A stretch of 64,000 nucleotides of DNA from an uncultured Myxococcales bacterium (lineage in GTDB: Bacteria > Myxococcota_A > Bradymonadia > UBA7976 > VGTA01), in contig CAKZRU010000156.1 of assembly GCA_937146725.1 (NCBI GenBank), positions 19,295 to 83,294 of the forward strand, in the 5' to 3' direction. The translations under genes and the position numbers were made by a program. Below are positions 39,390 to 49,242 of this stretch, in pieces. How positions within the stretch are numbered: the first letter of the stretch is position 1; the number at the start of each line of letters is the position of its first letter. The notes beneath the pieces were generated by a model. That model had not been told where the DNA came from and did no database searches. It saw only the letters and a list, made by a program, of their open reading frames with translations.

Positions 39390-39574
39390 GGAGAAAAGAA
39401 GGAAATTTAGATTATTTATAAACGATCAATCATGCATCAAGAAAAAGCAAGCAAGTTCAAGCACTTATACTGATTCACAAGAATCCAAACAATTCTAAAG
39501 AGGCTATAAAGCCTTCTCATCTACAGGGGGGACTGTAAATATAAAAGGATATGATGTCCCATAAGTTTTTTTAC

Positions 39575-40468
39575 TTAAAATCGGCTGTTTTTTAACCAAG
39601 ACTTAAGTGGCTCTGCTAAACTTGTGTGTTGCATCGCATACGCTACATTTGCTTTTAAAAATCCAAGCTTGGAGCCACAATCAAAACGCTCACCTTGAAA
39701 AAGTAAGCCATGAAATGGAACTTTGCCCACTCGCTTAGCTAAACTATCTGTTAATTGGATTTCGTTACCAGCTCCTCGTTCCTGCGATTCAAGTTCAGCA
39801 AAAACGCCTGGCTCAACAATATATCGACCAACGACTGCTAAGTTTGAGGGCGCCAAGTGAGGACTTGGCTTTTCTACCAAACCTTTCACCTCAACCAAAC
39901 TGGAGTTATGCTCTGAACGTACACCAGGCTGAATGATCCCATAAGATTGAGTTTCGGCAGGTTCTACTTCCATGAGGGCGACCATGTTACCCCCCGGATG
40001 TGATAGGGACTCATACTGAGCAATCATCTGACTTAAACAGCCTGGACCTGAATTAGAGTCAATTAGATCATCAGCTAAGAGAATGGCGACTGCTTGATCT
40101 TTAATCAGATGACGAGCACACCATACCGCATGACCAAGTCCAGCAGGTTCCTGTTGACGAACATAAGTGACAGCTCCGGGTTTATGAAGCATAGAACGGC
40201 TTAAGCTCAAAGCTTCTTCTTTACCGTGAGCTGCCAGCGCATGCTCTAGCTCAAAGCTGTGGTCAAAGTGATCTTCAATAGCGCTTTTCCCACGGCCGGT
40301 TACGAAAATAAACTGTTCGATACCGGCTTCGGCTGCTTCTTCGACTGCATATTGAATCAATGGCTTATCAACAACCGGTAACATTTCTTTGGGCATTGCT
40401 TTGGTTGCTGGTAAAAAACGAGTGCCCAAGCCCCCCACCGGAAAGATTGCCGTTTTTATTTTTGCCAT
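39575..40468 (-). CDS. galU: UTP--glucose-1-phosphate uridylyltransferase
   Basis: ATG at 40468 (track TTG at 40486). AIFPVGGLGTRFLPATKAMPKEMLPVVDKPLIQYAVEEA is the GalU N-terminal signature. Confidence 0.9.
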   Translation of the reverse strand: MAKIKTAIFPVGGLGTRFLPATKAMPKEMLPVVDKPLIQYAVEEAAEAGIEQFIFVTGRGKSAIEDHFDHSFELEHALAAHGKEEALSLSRSMLHKPGAVTYVRQQEPAGLGHAVWCARHLIKDQAVAILLADDLIDSNSGPGCLSQMIAQYESLSHPGGNMVALMEVEPAETQSYGIIQPGVRSEHNSSLVEVKGLVEKPSPHLAPSNLAVVGRYIVEPGVFAELESQERGAGNEIQLTDSLAKRVGKVPFHGLLFQGERFDCGSKLGFLKANVAYAMQHTSLAEPLKSWLKNSRF

Positions 40469-40506
40469 TGATTTCAGTCTCCACAACCCCTGCTGACTAA
40501 GCAGTT

Positions 40507-41499
40507 TTATCCAAGAATATCTTTAACAGCATCACGCTCTGCAAGTAATTCTTCAGCACTTGCCATAGCTTTCTCTTTGGCAAAGCTACTAAGCGCAACA
40601 TCCGGAACAATATTGTATTCACCCTCAGCATTGACTGTACAAGGGAATGAATAGATCAATCCTTCAGGAATACCGTAACTGCCATCACTTGGAACTGCCA
40701 TACTGACCCATTCACCAGCCGGTGTTGGACGACTCCAAGAAATCGCATGATCGATCGCAGCCCAAGCGGCTGATGCAGCTGATGACTTACCACGAGCGGT
40801 AATGATCGCCTTGCCTCGTTGCTGAACGGTCTTGATGAAATCACTCTTGAGCCACTCATGATCAGTAATCACATCAGTGAGAGCTTGGCCACCAATCATC
40901 GCGTTTTCAAAATCGGGATACATGGTTGGTGAGTGATTTCCCCAAATCGCTAAGCGACTCACTTCACTGACCGGTACGCCTGCTTTAAGCGCAAGTTGAG
41001 CTTTGGCACGATTCTGGTCAAGTCGAGTCATCGCTGTGAAATTACGAGGGTTAACTCTCTTGGCTTGGTGTTGGGCAATCAAGCAGTTTGTATTGCAGGG
41101 ATTACCTACGACAATCACCTTAACATTTTCTTTGGCAGAGCGATCAATCGCTTGCCCCTGTCCTACAAAGATTGGCCCATTTTCTCTGATTAAATCAGCA
41201 CGTTCCATACCTGGACCTCGTGGCTTACTTCCAACTAAGAAAGCATAATCAACATCGCCAAAGCCTTCATCACCATCACTGGTACAGGTAATGTTGGTCA
41301 CCAATGAAAATGCGCTGTCCAAAAGTTCCATCTTTACGCCTTCTAGCGCTTGGAGACCTTGAGGGATCTCAAGAAGCTGAAGCTCAATGGGTTGGTCTGG
41401 GCCAAATACTTGACCAGCCGCCAAAGGGAAAAGAAGACTGTAACCAATATTACCTGCTGCACCGGTAACGGCGACCTTGATGGGATTCTTTGTTGTCAT
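40507..41499 (-). CDS. mdh: Malate dehydrogenase (NAD), cytosolic/Thermus-type
   Basis: ATG at 41499. N-terminus MTTKNPIKVAVTGAAGNIGYSLLFPLAAGQVFG...IELQLLEIPQ closely matches type-2 MDH. The ORF-track N-terminal extension is a read-through. Confidence 0.9.
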   Translation of the reverse strand: MTTKNPIKVAVTGAAGNIGYSLLFPLAAGQVFGPDQPIELQLLEIPQGLQALEGVKMELLDSAFSLVTNITCTSDGDEGFGDVDYAFLVGSKPRGPGMERADLIRENGPIFVGQGQAIDRSAKENVKVIVVGNPCNTNCLIAQHQAKRVNPRNFTAMTRLDQNRAKAQLALKAGVPVSEVSRLAIWGNHSPTMYPDFENAMIGGQALTDVITDHEWLKSDFIKTVQQRGKAIITARGKSSAASAAWAAIDHAISWSRPTPAGEWVSMAVPSDGSYGIPEGLIYSFPCTVNAEGEYNIVPDVALSSFAKEKAMASAEELLAERDAVKDILG

Positions 41500-41832
41500 G
41501 TTATGAACTCCGATTATATAGGTATGAACACTGTTTAGAATAATGTTGATAAGAACAGATATAGATCTTATCAATCAGTGAAACTCAATAGACTTGGCAT
41601 TTATACGCTGATTTTAACAAGATTCCTAGATGCAATTTTGGGTATGAAGTATTCTAGAGCTTTAGTCGCTGATTGATCTGTTCTTGTATGATTTTTGTAT
41701 CACCTATGTACTTGTCGTATCTTAATAGATTTATTGTACAAAAAGACTACACGATTGTGTAAGAGAACACTAGGAACATTCATTGTTCAGTAGTATGATA
41801 CAAAATTAGATTAGTATAAATGAGCACATATT

Positions 41833-42534
41833 ATGAATACCCAAACCTTGCGTTTACTTGTTGTAGAGGATGATGAAACTCTTTCAAGCTTGATCTCTCA
41901 GTTTCTGACTAATGCTGGATACCAAGCCGAAGTTATCCATCGTGGAGATGAAGCCATTCCCTACATCATCGAGAAACAACCACATTTGGTTCTTCTGGAT
42001 CTCATGCTCCCCGGTGCTGATGGCATTGAAGTTTGTAAGCAAGTTCGAGATGCATACAATGGCTACATCATTATGCTGACCGCCAAAGATAGCGAAGCAA
42101 GTCAACTGCTCGGCTTTGAAGTTGGTGCCGATGATTATGTCATCAAACCCGTTCAACCAAATCTTTTACTCGCACGAGTGAAAGCACATCTACGCCATTT
42201 ACCCACACAAGAAACAGCAGAGGCTCCATTAGTGATTGATAATGCGAGTCGTACTGTTTTTGTTTATGGAAAGGATCTTAAGCTTACCACCAGTGAGTTT
42301 GATTTACTTGCCTTCTTATTTGAACATCAAGGAGAAACCCTAAACCGCCAAGAATTATATCATGCGCTTCGTGGTATTGACTATGATGGCCTCGATCGCT
42401 CGATCGACTTACGAGTTTCTAAATTACGTTCACATCTACGAAGCATGGGCCTCACCCAAGAAGTGATCAAAACTGTACATGGCCGTGGTTATCATTTTGT
42501 GCCCTTAGATCAACTTGAGAGCCACCATGGCTGA
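41833..42534 (+). CDS. OmpR-family two-component response regulator
   Basis: Receiver domain (LLVVEDD...D...LMLPGADG...K). Winged-helix DNA-binding C-terminus (TVHGRGYHF). Confidence 0.9.
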   Translation: MNTQTLRLLVVEDDETLSSLISQFLTNAGYQAEVIHRGDEAIPYIIEKQPHLVLLDLMLPGADGIEVCKQVRDAYNGYIIMLTAKDSEASQLLGFEVGADDYVIKPVQPNLLLARVKAHLRHLPTQETAEAPLVIDNASRTVFVYGKDLKLTTSEFDLLAFLFEHQGETLNRQELYHALRGIDYDGLDRSIDLRVSKLRSHLRSMGLTQEVIKTVHGRGYHFVPLDQLESHHG

Positions 42535-44203
42535 ACAAAGAATCTGTTGGGGTGAGGCGATGAGGAGTTTATTCCTCAAACTATACAGTGTCTCACTGCT
42601 TTCGATTCTTATTTCTATGGTAGGCACCTTTTCTCTACTATGGTACCAATGGCAACCTGAAAATAACTATAAACTTTCCCGATTTTCAGAGCCGGCGATC
42701 CATTACTTAGCTGATGCCCTTAAAAAAAGTACCCAAAAAAGCTTGCAAGATCCGAAGTTGGTTGTAGGTGAAGTTCGCTTGCCGATGAACCAAAGTGAAG
42801 TTGAAGCCTTAAGACGACTCAGCGCTCAAATGCATGGGCTCGTCTCTCTGATTTTCAAAAGCGATTTAAATCTGAGTTCAGATGAAGAAAAGCGCTTGAA
42901 GCAACAACTACTTGTTTATAAAAATACTGTAGAAACTAAGTTTGCTTATCTAAACTATGATCAGAACAGAGTGTTAGAGCTTGAGTTAACTAGACTCAAG
43001 GGAAGTGCAACTAAATGGATGGCAAGCGCTATTTATTTAGCCCAGCATTCACCCGGTAGCCTTGAAGAAAAACTACAGCGATTGCAAAAGAGCTTAAGTG
43101 AGTCAGAAGGTAAACCTGTTATTCAAGCATTGACTCAAGCAGGCTTAAGTAGACCACAGCTCACTCGTTTGGTCATCATGCCTCAAGCCTATAGCGGAGT
43201 CACTTCATCCAATTATAGTGTTAAAATTTTACATCAGCCATTTGCATCAGCAGATAAGGCAAAAGTAGTCTCGTTTGATGTACATTTATCGCCTACCCTT
43301 TTATTGCCACCAGCCATTTTCTTACCACTCATTAGTCTAATACTCGCTTTGGCTTTTTGGTTTAGTTTAAGACCATACGTGAATAAAACCACTAAGCTCT
43401 CTAAAATCACTCAGCAATTTAGCGAGGGTGACCTTAAAGCTCGGGTGAACCTTAAAGGACATGGGCCGATTGAAAAACTTGCGCAACAGTTTGATCATGC
43501 AGCCGATCATGTCGTTGGCCTATTGAGAGCACAAGAAACATTGCTAAAGGCAGTAGCACATGAACTCAGAACACCTATTTCAAAACTCTTTTTTTACGGA
43601 GAGCTTCTCAGTTCAGCTCATGATGAAACACAAAAACAACAGTTATTAGAAGATTATCATAGTTCAGTACAGGACTTAACCAATCTCACCAATGAATTAT
43701 TGACTGATCATCGTTATCGCTCAGGTACACTTGCCTTAAATCTTTCCAAAATTAATTTAAGTCATATTGTTCTCAGTGAATGTCGCGAAAGTGTTTATCT
43801 AAGTCATGCGATTCAGCTAGAGCTTAATGATGAGCAAACATTTTATATTTGGGGTGAAGAACAGCCAGTTCGACGAGTTCTCACCAACCTTATTACTAAT
43901 GCGAATCAATATGCTCAATCACACATTAAGGTAAGTCTCAGCTTAAGTTCTAAAGAACCATCCTCTTATGTAGAACTTTGGGTGGAAGATGATGGTGAAG
44001 GCGTACCTCAAAACCAACGTAAAGCGATCTTTGATACTTTTTATCGAGTGGATGAAAGTCGAAATCGTCAAAGCGGTGGACTTGGTTTAGGCTTGAGTAT
44101 CACTTGGCAAATCGTGAAAGCTTTGGGTGGTGAAATCACAGTTGATGAAAGTGAAACGTTAGGCGGTGCTCGCTTTATTGTACGCTTACCTTTACTTTCT
44201 TAA
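42527..44203 (+). CDS. Sensor histidine kinase (two TM segments, periplasmic sensor, HAMP, HisKA, HATPase_c)
   Basis: ATG at 42527 overlapping the response-regulator stop (ATGGCTGA). H-box AVAHELRTPIS. N/G boxes NLITNANQYA...GGLGLGLSI. Confidence 0.85.
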   Translation: MAEQRICWGEAMRSLFLKLYSVSLLSILISMVGTFSLLWYQWQPENNYKLSRFSEPAIHYLADALKKSTQKSLQDPKLVVGEVRLPMNQSEVEALRRLSAQMHGLVSLIFKSDLNLSSDEEKRLKQQLLVYKNTVETKFAYLNYDQNRVLELELTRLKGSATKWMASAIYLAQHSPGSLEEKLQRLQKSLSESEGKPVIQALTQAGLSRPQLTRLVIMPQAYSGVTSSNYSVKILHQPFASADKAKVVSFDVHLSPTLLLPPAIFLPLISLILALAFWFSLRPYVNKTTKLSKITQQFSEGDLKARVNLKGHGPIEKLAQQFDHAADHVVGLLRAQETLLKAVAHELRTPISKLFFYGELLSSAHDETQKQQLLEDYHSSVQDLTNLTNELLTDHRYRSGTLALNLSKINLSHIVLSECRESVYLSHAIQLELNDEQTFYIWGEEQPVRRVLTNLITNANQYAQSHIKVSLSLSSKEPSSYVELWVEDDGEGVPQNQRKAIFDTFYRVDESRNRQSGGLGLGLSITWQIVKALGGEITVDESETLGGARFIVRLPLLS

Positions 44204-44212
44204 GCTTTCATA

Positions 44213-44278
44213 TTTTATGTAGTCACATTTTATGTAGTCACATTTTATATAAAAGTCATGAGCTAAGTCATAAGCTAA
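44213..44278. repeat. Intergenic tandem repeats between convergent genes: 15 bp x2 (tttatgtagtcacat) followed by 12 bp x2 (gtcat[ga]agctaa)
   Basis: Direct reading of 44213-44242 and 44254-44278. Confidence 0.85.
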
Positions 44279-44347
44279 GCCATGGCCTTATTTCTCATGC
44301 TTTTTAGAGTGATTAGCCCATTAAACTTAAACTCAATAGCTGATTGC

Positions 44348-44956
44348 TTATGAGCGCTTACGACGCACAACACTCACTTTAACACCGCTGTCTTCACGGC
44401 GCTCAATACGTCCTATTTCTTGAGCCACTTTATCCAAAACACCGTTGATAAACCGGCCACTATCGGCTGACCCATAGCGTTTACCAAGCTCGATTGCTTC
44501 ACTTAAAATGGCTCTGACCGGTAGATCTTGCTTAAAGTAAAGCTCATAGGCACCAAAACGTAAAATACTTCGGTCAATACTACCCATTCGATTTAATTTC
44601 CAACGAATTGCTGATCTTGAGACCAAAATATCTAAAGCGCTTTGAAAGGAGAGTAGGACTTCAATATCTTGTAGAACATTTTGCCACAATTCATCTCCCC
44701 GCCAAATCTGTTCAAGACGCATTTTATTTTTAATGTGAGAAAATCCGATACGCCAGATACTATCATCGGCTCGCCAAGCTTCTAATTGCTCGCTTAAACG
44801 AGCATTAGGCTGTTGCTCGAAGGGCCGAAAGGCTCCCAAAGGAATGGGGGACTGTAAACCCTTAGACAAACACTCTGAATCAAGAGCAAAGAGTACCCAT
44901 AAGGTGAGTTCTTGGGTTAGCCTTTTTTTTAGGCTTAATCTTTTTAGCTTACTCAT
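44348..44956 (-). CDS. nusB: Transcription antitermination factor NusB (with N-terminal insertion/extension)
   Basis: [17 protein letters not shown] (NusB N-terminal R-x2-AR-x2-A-x-Q-x-L motif). C-terminal [12 protein letters not shown]...[28 protein letters not shown]. Canonical position after ribH. Confidence 0.75.
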   Translation of the reverse strand: MSKLKRLSLKKRLTQELTLWVLFALDSECLSKGLQSPIPLGAFRPFEQQPNARLSEQLEAWRADDSIWRIGFSHIKNKMRLEQIWRGDELWQNVLQDIEVLLSFQSALDILVSRSAIRWKLNRMGSIDRSILRFGAYELYFKQDLPVRAILSEAIELGKRYGSADSGRFINGVLDKVAQEIGRIERREDSGVKVSVVRRKRS

Positions 44957-45438
44957 GCTTGATCGACTTGTCTAAGTAAATCGGCCATTTCGATCGCGAC
45001 TAATGCTGCTTCTGCCCCCTTATTACCTGCCTTAGTGCCCGCTCTCTCAATCGCTTGCTCAATCGAGTCCACAGTCAATACGCCAAAGCTGATATGTAGC
45101 CCGTGTTCCAAAGACACGCTCGCTAAGCCTTTTACACACTCATTTGCCACATAGTCAAAATGGGGTGTAGAGCCTCGAATCACCGCACCTAAAGCAATGA
45201 TCGCATCAAACTTACCAGTTGCCGCTACCTTTTGAGCTAAGATGGGTAATTCATAAGCACCTGGTACTTTATATACTTTAACTGATTCAAGGTCTCCACC
45301 ACTACGCTTAATTGCATCAATGGCACCCGTTTCAAGTTGCTCAACAATAAAACTGTTAAAGCGAGCACTGATAATTGCAAATCTAAGGCCTTTGGCGCTA
45401 AGATAACCTTCGATCACTTGAGGTGTTGGCATATTCAT
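44953..45438 (-). CDS. ribH: 6,7-dimethyl-8-ribityllumazine synthase
   Basis: [12 protein letters not shown]...VPGAYELP...G(T/S)PHFDYV motifs. 161 aa. Confidence 0.95.
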   Translation of the reverse strand: MNMPTPQVIEGYLSAKGLRFAIISARFNSFIVEQLETGAIDAIKRSGGDLESVKVYKVPGAYELPILAQKVAATGKFDAIIALGAVIRGSTPHFDYVANECVKGLASVSLEHGLHISFGVLTVDSIEQAIERAGTKAGNKGAEAALVAIEMADLLRQVDQA

Positions 45439-45493
45439 TTGCTTGTGAATCCTTATGAAATTTTTATGGTGATAAGTTGTTTATTGAAATGTG

Positions 45494-46648
45494 TCAGTTG
45501 GCTTTGGGAGGAATAATGACCTCGTCCACAATAGTGAGTCCATATCCTTCAAGGCCTTTAATTTTGGCACTCTGACTTGTAATAACCTTAAGCTGTCGAA
45601 TCCCTTGATCAAGTAAGATTTGAGCACCGATCCCAAATTCTCTTAAATCTTTAGGCAGGCCAATCGCTCCCTTATCAATGGCAGGACTAGCCGGCATCTT
45701 TCCACTTAAAATATCAAGCTCAGCGCTCACTTTTGGCGCATTTTTTTGGAGATAAACCAGCACACCGCAGCCTTCTTCTTCCATCTGCTTAAGAGCAAAC
45801 TCTAATTTCCAACGACTTTCGCTTTGGTTGCTTCTAAAAATATCTCCCATAATATTTTCTTGGTGTACTCGCCCCAAAACCGCTTGATCGGGTTTAGGCG
45901 TTCCTTTAACCAATACAAGATGCTCAAGTTCGTCAACCACGGTCGTATAGCTGTAAGCGGTAAACACACCGATATCGCCAATTTGTACCTTTGCCTCAGA
46001 GCGTCGTTGAACAAGACGCTCATTCATCAGACGATAGTGAATAATATCAGCGACCGATAAAATCATAAGATCATGCTCTTGGGCAAAAACTTCAAGTTCC
46101 GGACGTCTTGCCATCGTGCCATCATCATTCATGATTTCACAAATCACACCAGCTGGAGTACGACCAGCAAGACGTGCTAAATCTACTGACCCTTCAGTTT
46201 GCCCTGTGCGTACTAAAACACCGCCCGGTGCTGCTCGCAAAGGAAAAATATGTCCCGGCTTTACCAAATCACTGGCTTGAGCATTGGGGGCAACTGCTGT
46301 TCTAATTGTATGTGCTCTATCAGCAGCACTAATCCCTGTAGATACGCCCTGAGCTGCCTCAATACTGACGGTAAATGCAGTGCCAAAGCCACTTTTGTTT
46401 TTCTTGACCATCAAGTCAAGGTCAAGTTGTTGGCAACGTTCGGCAGTCATTGGTAAGCAGATGAGCCCTCGCCCATATTTGGCCATAAAATTTATAGACT
46501 CAGGCGTCACCCAATCGGCTGCCATCACTAAGTCTCCCTCGTTTTCACGATCTTCATCGTCAACAAGGATCACCATTTTACCGCGTCTAATTTCTTCGAG
46601 GGCTCGTTCTACACGAGTAATACTTAGCTCATCTTGGGTTTGTGTCAT
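45494..46648 (-). CDS. ribB: 3,4-dihydroxy-2-butanone-4-phosphate synthase fused to a GTP-cyclohydrolase-II-like domain lacking the Zn-binding cysteines (ribBX-type)
   Basis: The N-terminal DHBP synthase domain is intact (RGKMVILVDDEDRENEGDLVMAA). The C-terminal domain aligns to RibA, but the E. coli motif [10 protein letters not shown]...RCDCG is here RVHQENIMGD...NQSES. All three Cys are lost. Confidence 0.85.
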   Translation of the reverse strand: MTQTQDELSITRVERALEEIRRGKMVILVDDEDRENEGDLVMAADWVTPESINFMAKYGRGLICLPMTAERCQQLDLDLMVKKNKSGFGTAFTVSIEAAQGVSTGISAADRAHTIRTAVAPNAQASDLVKPGHIFPLRAAPGGVLVRTGQTEGSVDLARLAGRTPAGVICEIMNDDGTMARRPELEVFAQEHDLMILSVADIIHYRLMNERLVQRRSEAKVQIGDIGVFTAYSYTTVVDELEHLVLVKGTPKPDQAVLGRVHQENIMGDIFRSNQSESRWKLEFALKQMEEEGCGVLVYLQKNAPKVSAELDILSGKMPASPAIDKGAIGLPKDLREFGIGAQILLDQGIRQLKVITSQSAKIKGLEGYGLTIVDEVIIPPKAN

Positions 46649-47433
46649 TTTAAAAAGCCTGCCTTAGCGAGTGTGGATAAATCAAGATTAGATGTAGAAT
46701 GATGTTTGGTATGATTTTGCGTTTCATTATATGAAGAAGACTGAGCTAAAGCATCAGCATGACCGACTTGAGAATGAGGTAATTGAGAACCGAGCAATTG
46801 AGAACCGAGCAATTGAGAACCGAGCAATTGAGAACCGAGCAATTGAGAACCAAGTAGCTTTTCCACATATTTCCCCAAAATATCTGACTCTAGGTTCACT
46901 GAGTCACCTGTCTTTTTATGGTTTAACCTTAAGATTGATTGGGTATGTGGAATTAGAACGATTGAAAACCCCTGCGCATCTAGTTCATTGACTGTCAGAC
47001 TCGCTCCATCGATTGCGATAGAGCCTTTTTTGACTAAGTATTTGGCGATTTGACTTGGTGCATTAAACCATAACTGTACAGCCTCACCCAAAGGTGCTTT
47101 CGAACGAAATGTACCCATACCATCAATATGACCGGTAACCCAGTGACCACCAAGTCGATCTCCTAAGCGTAATGCTCTTTCTAAATGAACCAAATCACCA
47201 ATGCGTCTTTGTCCTAAAGTTGTCAAAGCCATTGTTTCTGCAGAAGCATCAACGGTAAATCGTTCTCCACCATAGCGAGTGACGGTTAGGCAAGCACCAT
47301 CAACCGCAACACTATCACCCAAGGAAAGCTCTGCAACTAGATGATGAGAACAGCGAATAACGAGTTCAACTCCAGGTCCCTTTGGAGTAAGACGATCAAT
47401 CGTTCCTGTCATCTCAATCAAACCGGTGAACAT
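46645..47433 (-). CDS. ribE: Riboflavin synthase alpha subunit with atypical ~60-aa C-terminal extension containing (LGSQL)5
   Basis: MFTGLIEMTGTI start and two lumazine-binding repeats. The C-terminus LGSQLLGSQLLGSQLLGSQLLGSQLPHSQ... is not part of canonical RibE. Confidence 0.9.
   Translation of the reverse strand: MFTGLIEMTGTIDRLTPKGPGVELVIRCSHHLVAELSLGDSVAVDGACLTVTRYGGERFTVDASAETMALTTLGQRRIGDLVHLERALRLGDRLGGHWVTGHIDGMGTFRSKAPLGEAVQLWFNAPSQIAKYLVKKGSIAIDGASLTVNELDAQGFSIVLIPHTQSILRLNHKKTGDSVNLESDILGKYVEKLLGSQLLGSQLLGSQLLGSQLLGSQLPHSQVGHADALAQSSSYNETQNHTKHHSTSNLDLSTLAKAGFLK
46779..46856. repeat. Five tandem copies of 15 bp (caattgagaaccgag) encoding (LGSQL)5 at the 3' end of ribE
   Basis: Direct reading. 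Confidence 0.95.
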
Positions 47434-47597
47434 AGAGTCAAGATCTCCAAAAGTTTAAAATCATCAATATATGAAACATGATTACAAAAGCATCATTGCA
47501 AGGAGATAAAACACTTTTAAACCAACAGAGCAAGTCTATTTAGTGGCTTTTCGCTCATCTGATCGAGCTTTAGCTTTCTTATTTTAAAGGTTTTGCA

Positions 47598-48728
47598 CTA
47601 AGTATTTGGATATCTTGTTTTACCATAGAGGTAAAGATCAGGCCCTAAAGTTTGCGTTACTGTTTCCTCTAAAGTGATGCCATCATGAATCGTATTGACT
47701 GAGGAAAAGTTAAATAAGGGCTTACCTCTACCGATTAAACGAGGTGCAATATAAAGGTGAACATCATCAACCAGCTGATCTTGCAAAAAAGCACCATGTA
47801 GAAAGCCGCCTCCTTCTACACACAAATGAGTAATCCCTAAGCTTCCTAAGGCGAGTAACCCATGGTTAAGATCAAGACCCTTGCCTGAACTGTGTTCCGG
47901 AAGCTCTATCAATTTAGCGCCTAAGTCTTCAAGGCTTGCTTTACGTTCCTCACTTGCCTCTTGACCATGCAGTAAAATGGTTCCTGGTCTTAAAAAGGGG
48001 GCATCATTAGGGATAGAAAGGGTTTTGGATATAGCGATCGCTTGCGGGTCGCTTCCCTCACAATGCCTAACTGTTAAAGATGGCCGATCTCTACGAGCTG
48101 TTTCTCCACCAACCATCATGGCATCTACCCGAGCTCTAAGTTGGTGAACATGAGTACGAGCTTCAATGCCTGTAATCCAATTTGAATGTCCATTAGCGGT
48201 GGCTAAACAACCATCCAAGGTCATTGCCCCCTTAAGACTCACCCATGGCTTGCCGGTACTAATCCATTTAAAAAAAGGTTCATGATGGGCCTTACAGTGC
48301 TCTTCGGCAACCTGAGTTGTGACTGCTATATTCGCTTCCGATAAAGCTTTAATCCCCCGTCCTGCGACCAAGGGATTTGGATCACCGGTACCAATACATA
48401 CTCTTGCCACCTGTTCCCGAATGAGAGCAAGAGTACATGGACCCGTACGTCCCGTATGAGAACAAGGCTCAAGTGTCACATAAACAATCGCGTTTTTTAA
48501 GCTATGCCCTGCTTTTTTGGCCGCATTGATTGCATTCACTTCAGCATGTGGCCCACCGGGAGGAGAAGTGACACCTTGGGCAAGTAAGTGACCGTTTGAG
48601 TCATAAATAACACAACCGACTTTAGGATTAGGTGAAGTTCGTACCGTATTTGCCTTGGCATAAGCAAGTGCTTCAAGCATACGTTGTTGATCTTGTTGAC
48701 TGCTCCGAGATTGTTCAAGATTTTTCAT
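47598..48728 (-). CDS. ribD: Bifunctional diaminohydroxyphosphoribosylaminopyrimidine deaminase / 5-amino-6-(5-phosphoribosylamino)uracil reductase
   Basis: CMP/dCMP deaminase Zn motif HAEVNA...PCSHTGRTGPC. Reductase-domain CVEGGG. Confidence 0.9.
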   Translation of the reverse strand: MKNLEQSRSSQQDQQRMLEALAYAKANTVRTSPNPKVGCVIYDSNGHLLAQGVTSPPGGPHAEVNAINAAKKAGHSLKNAIVYVTLEPCSHTGRTGPCTLALIREQVARVCIGTGDPNPLVAGRGIKALSEANIAVTTQVAEEHCKAHHEPFFKWISTGKPWVSLKGAMTLDGCLATANGHSNWITGIEARTHVHQLRARVDAMMVGGETARRDRPSLTVRHCEGSDPQAIAISKTLSIPNDAPFLRPGTILLHGQEASEERKASLEDLGAKLIELPEHSSGKGLDLNHGLLALGSLGITHLCVEGGGFLHGAFLQDQLVDDVHLYIAPRLIGRGKPLFNFSSVNTIHDGITLEETVTQTLGPDLYLYGKTRYPNT

Positions 48729-49242
48729 ATTGCTCTCGGTACTGATTCATTAGTTTTAAGCGAGTATCATGCCGACCACCTTCAAACTTGGTGTTCAAAA
48801 ATACATCAACCATGGCCAAGGCTAAATCTTGGCCAATCACTCGGGCACCCAAGCACAAAACTTGTGCATTATTATGTAAACGAGCCATTTGAGCAGTAAA
48901 TATATTATGAGCTAATGCGGCCCGAATATCGGGATGCTGATTCGCAACTAAGCTTACTCCAATTCCTGTTCCACAAATCAATATGCCAAAACATTGAGTT
49001 TTATGTTTCAAGCTTTCTGCGACCTTAAGCGTAAGAGGCCAAGCATAATCTGGATAATCCACTCGACCATTGTTCAAGGGACCTTCGTCATAAACAACAA
49101 AGTCATCTTGTGCTTTCAGATGCTCAATAAGTAGGGATTTAAGCTGAAATCCTGCATGATCTGAAGCAAGCCATATATGAGTTTGTTGCCGATTCTCTTT
49201 TTGAGACTTAGTCACTGAGCTTGTAGCCGGTAAATCTTTCAT
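48715..49242 (-). CDS. rpiB: Ribose-5-phosphate isomerase B (RpiB/LacAB family)
   Basis: [13 protein letters not shown] and [24 protein letters not shown] motifs. Overlaps ribD start by 14 nt and fabF stop by 4 nt. Confidence 0.8.
   Translation of the reverse strand: MKDLPATSSVTKSQKENRQQTHIWLASDHAGFQLKSLLIEHLKAQDDFVVYDEGPLNNGRVDYPDYAWPLTLKVAESLKHKTQCFGILICGTGIGVSLVANQHPDIRAALAHNIFTAQMARLHNNAQVLCLGARVIGQDLALAMVDVFLNTKFEGGRHDTRLKLMNQYREQYEKS

Noticed and set aside
39215-39574. Sigma32 promoter or CIRCE element upstream of dnaK
   Set aside because: A CTTGAAA heptamer exists but lies on the opposite strand with no CCCCAT -10 partner. No TTAGCACTC-N9-GAGTGCTAA inverted repeat is present. Only the short CCTTGA/TCAAGG palindrome is reported, as a low-confidence regulatory feature.
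47434-47597. FMN riboswitch (RFN) expected near riboflavin genes
   Set aside because: No RFN-like conserved helices or GC-rich core could be read in this AT-rich spacer or elsewhere upstream of ribD (rpiB overlaps it). Needs an Infernal scan to be definitive.
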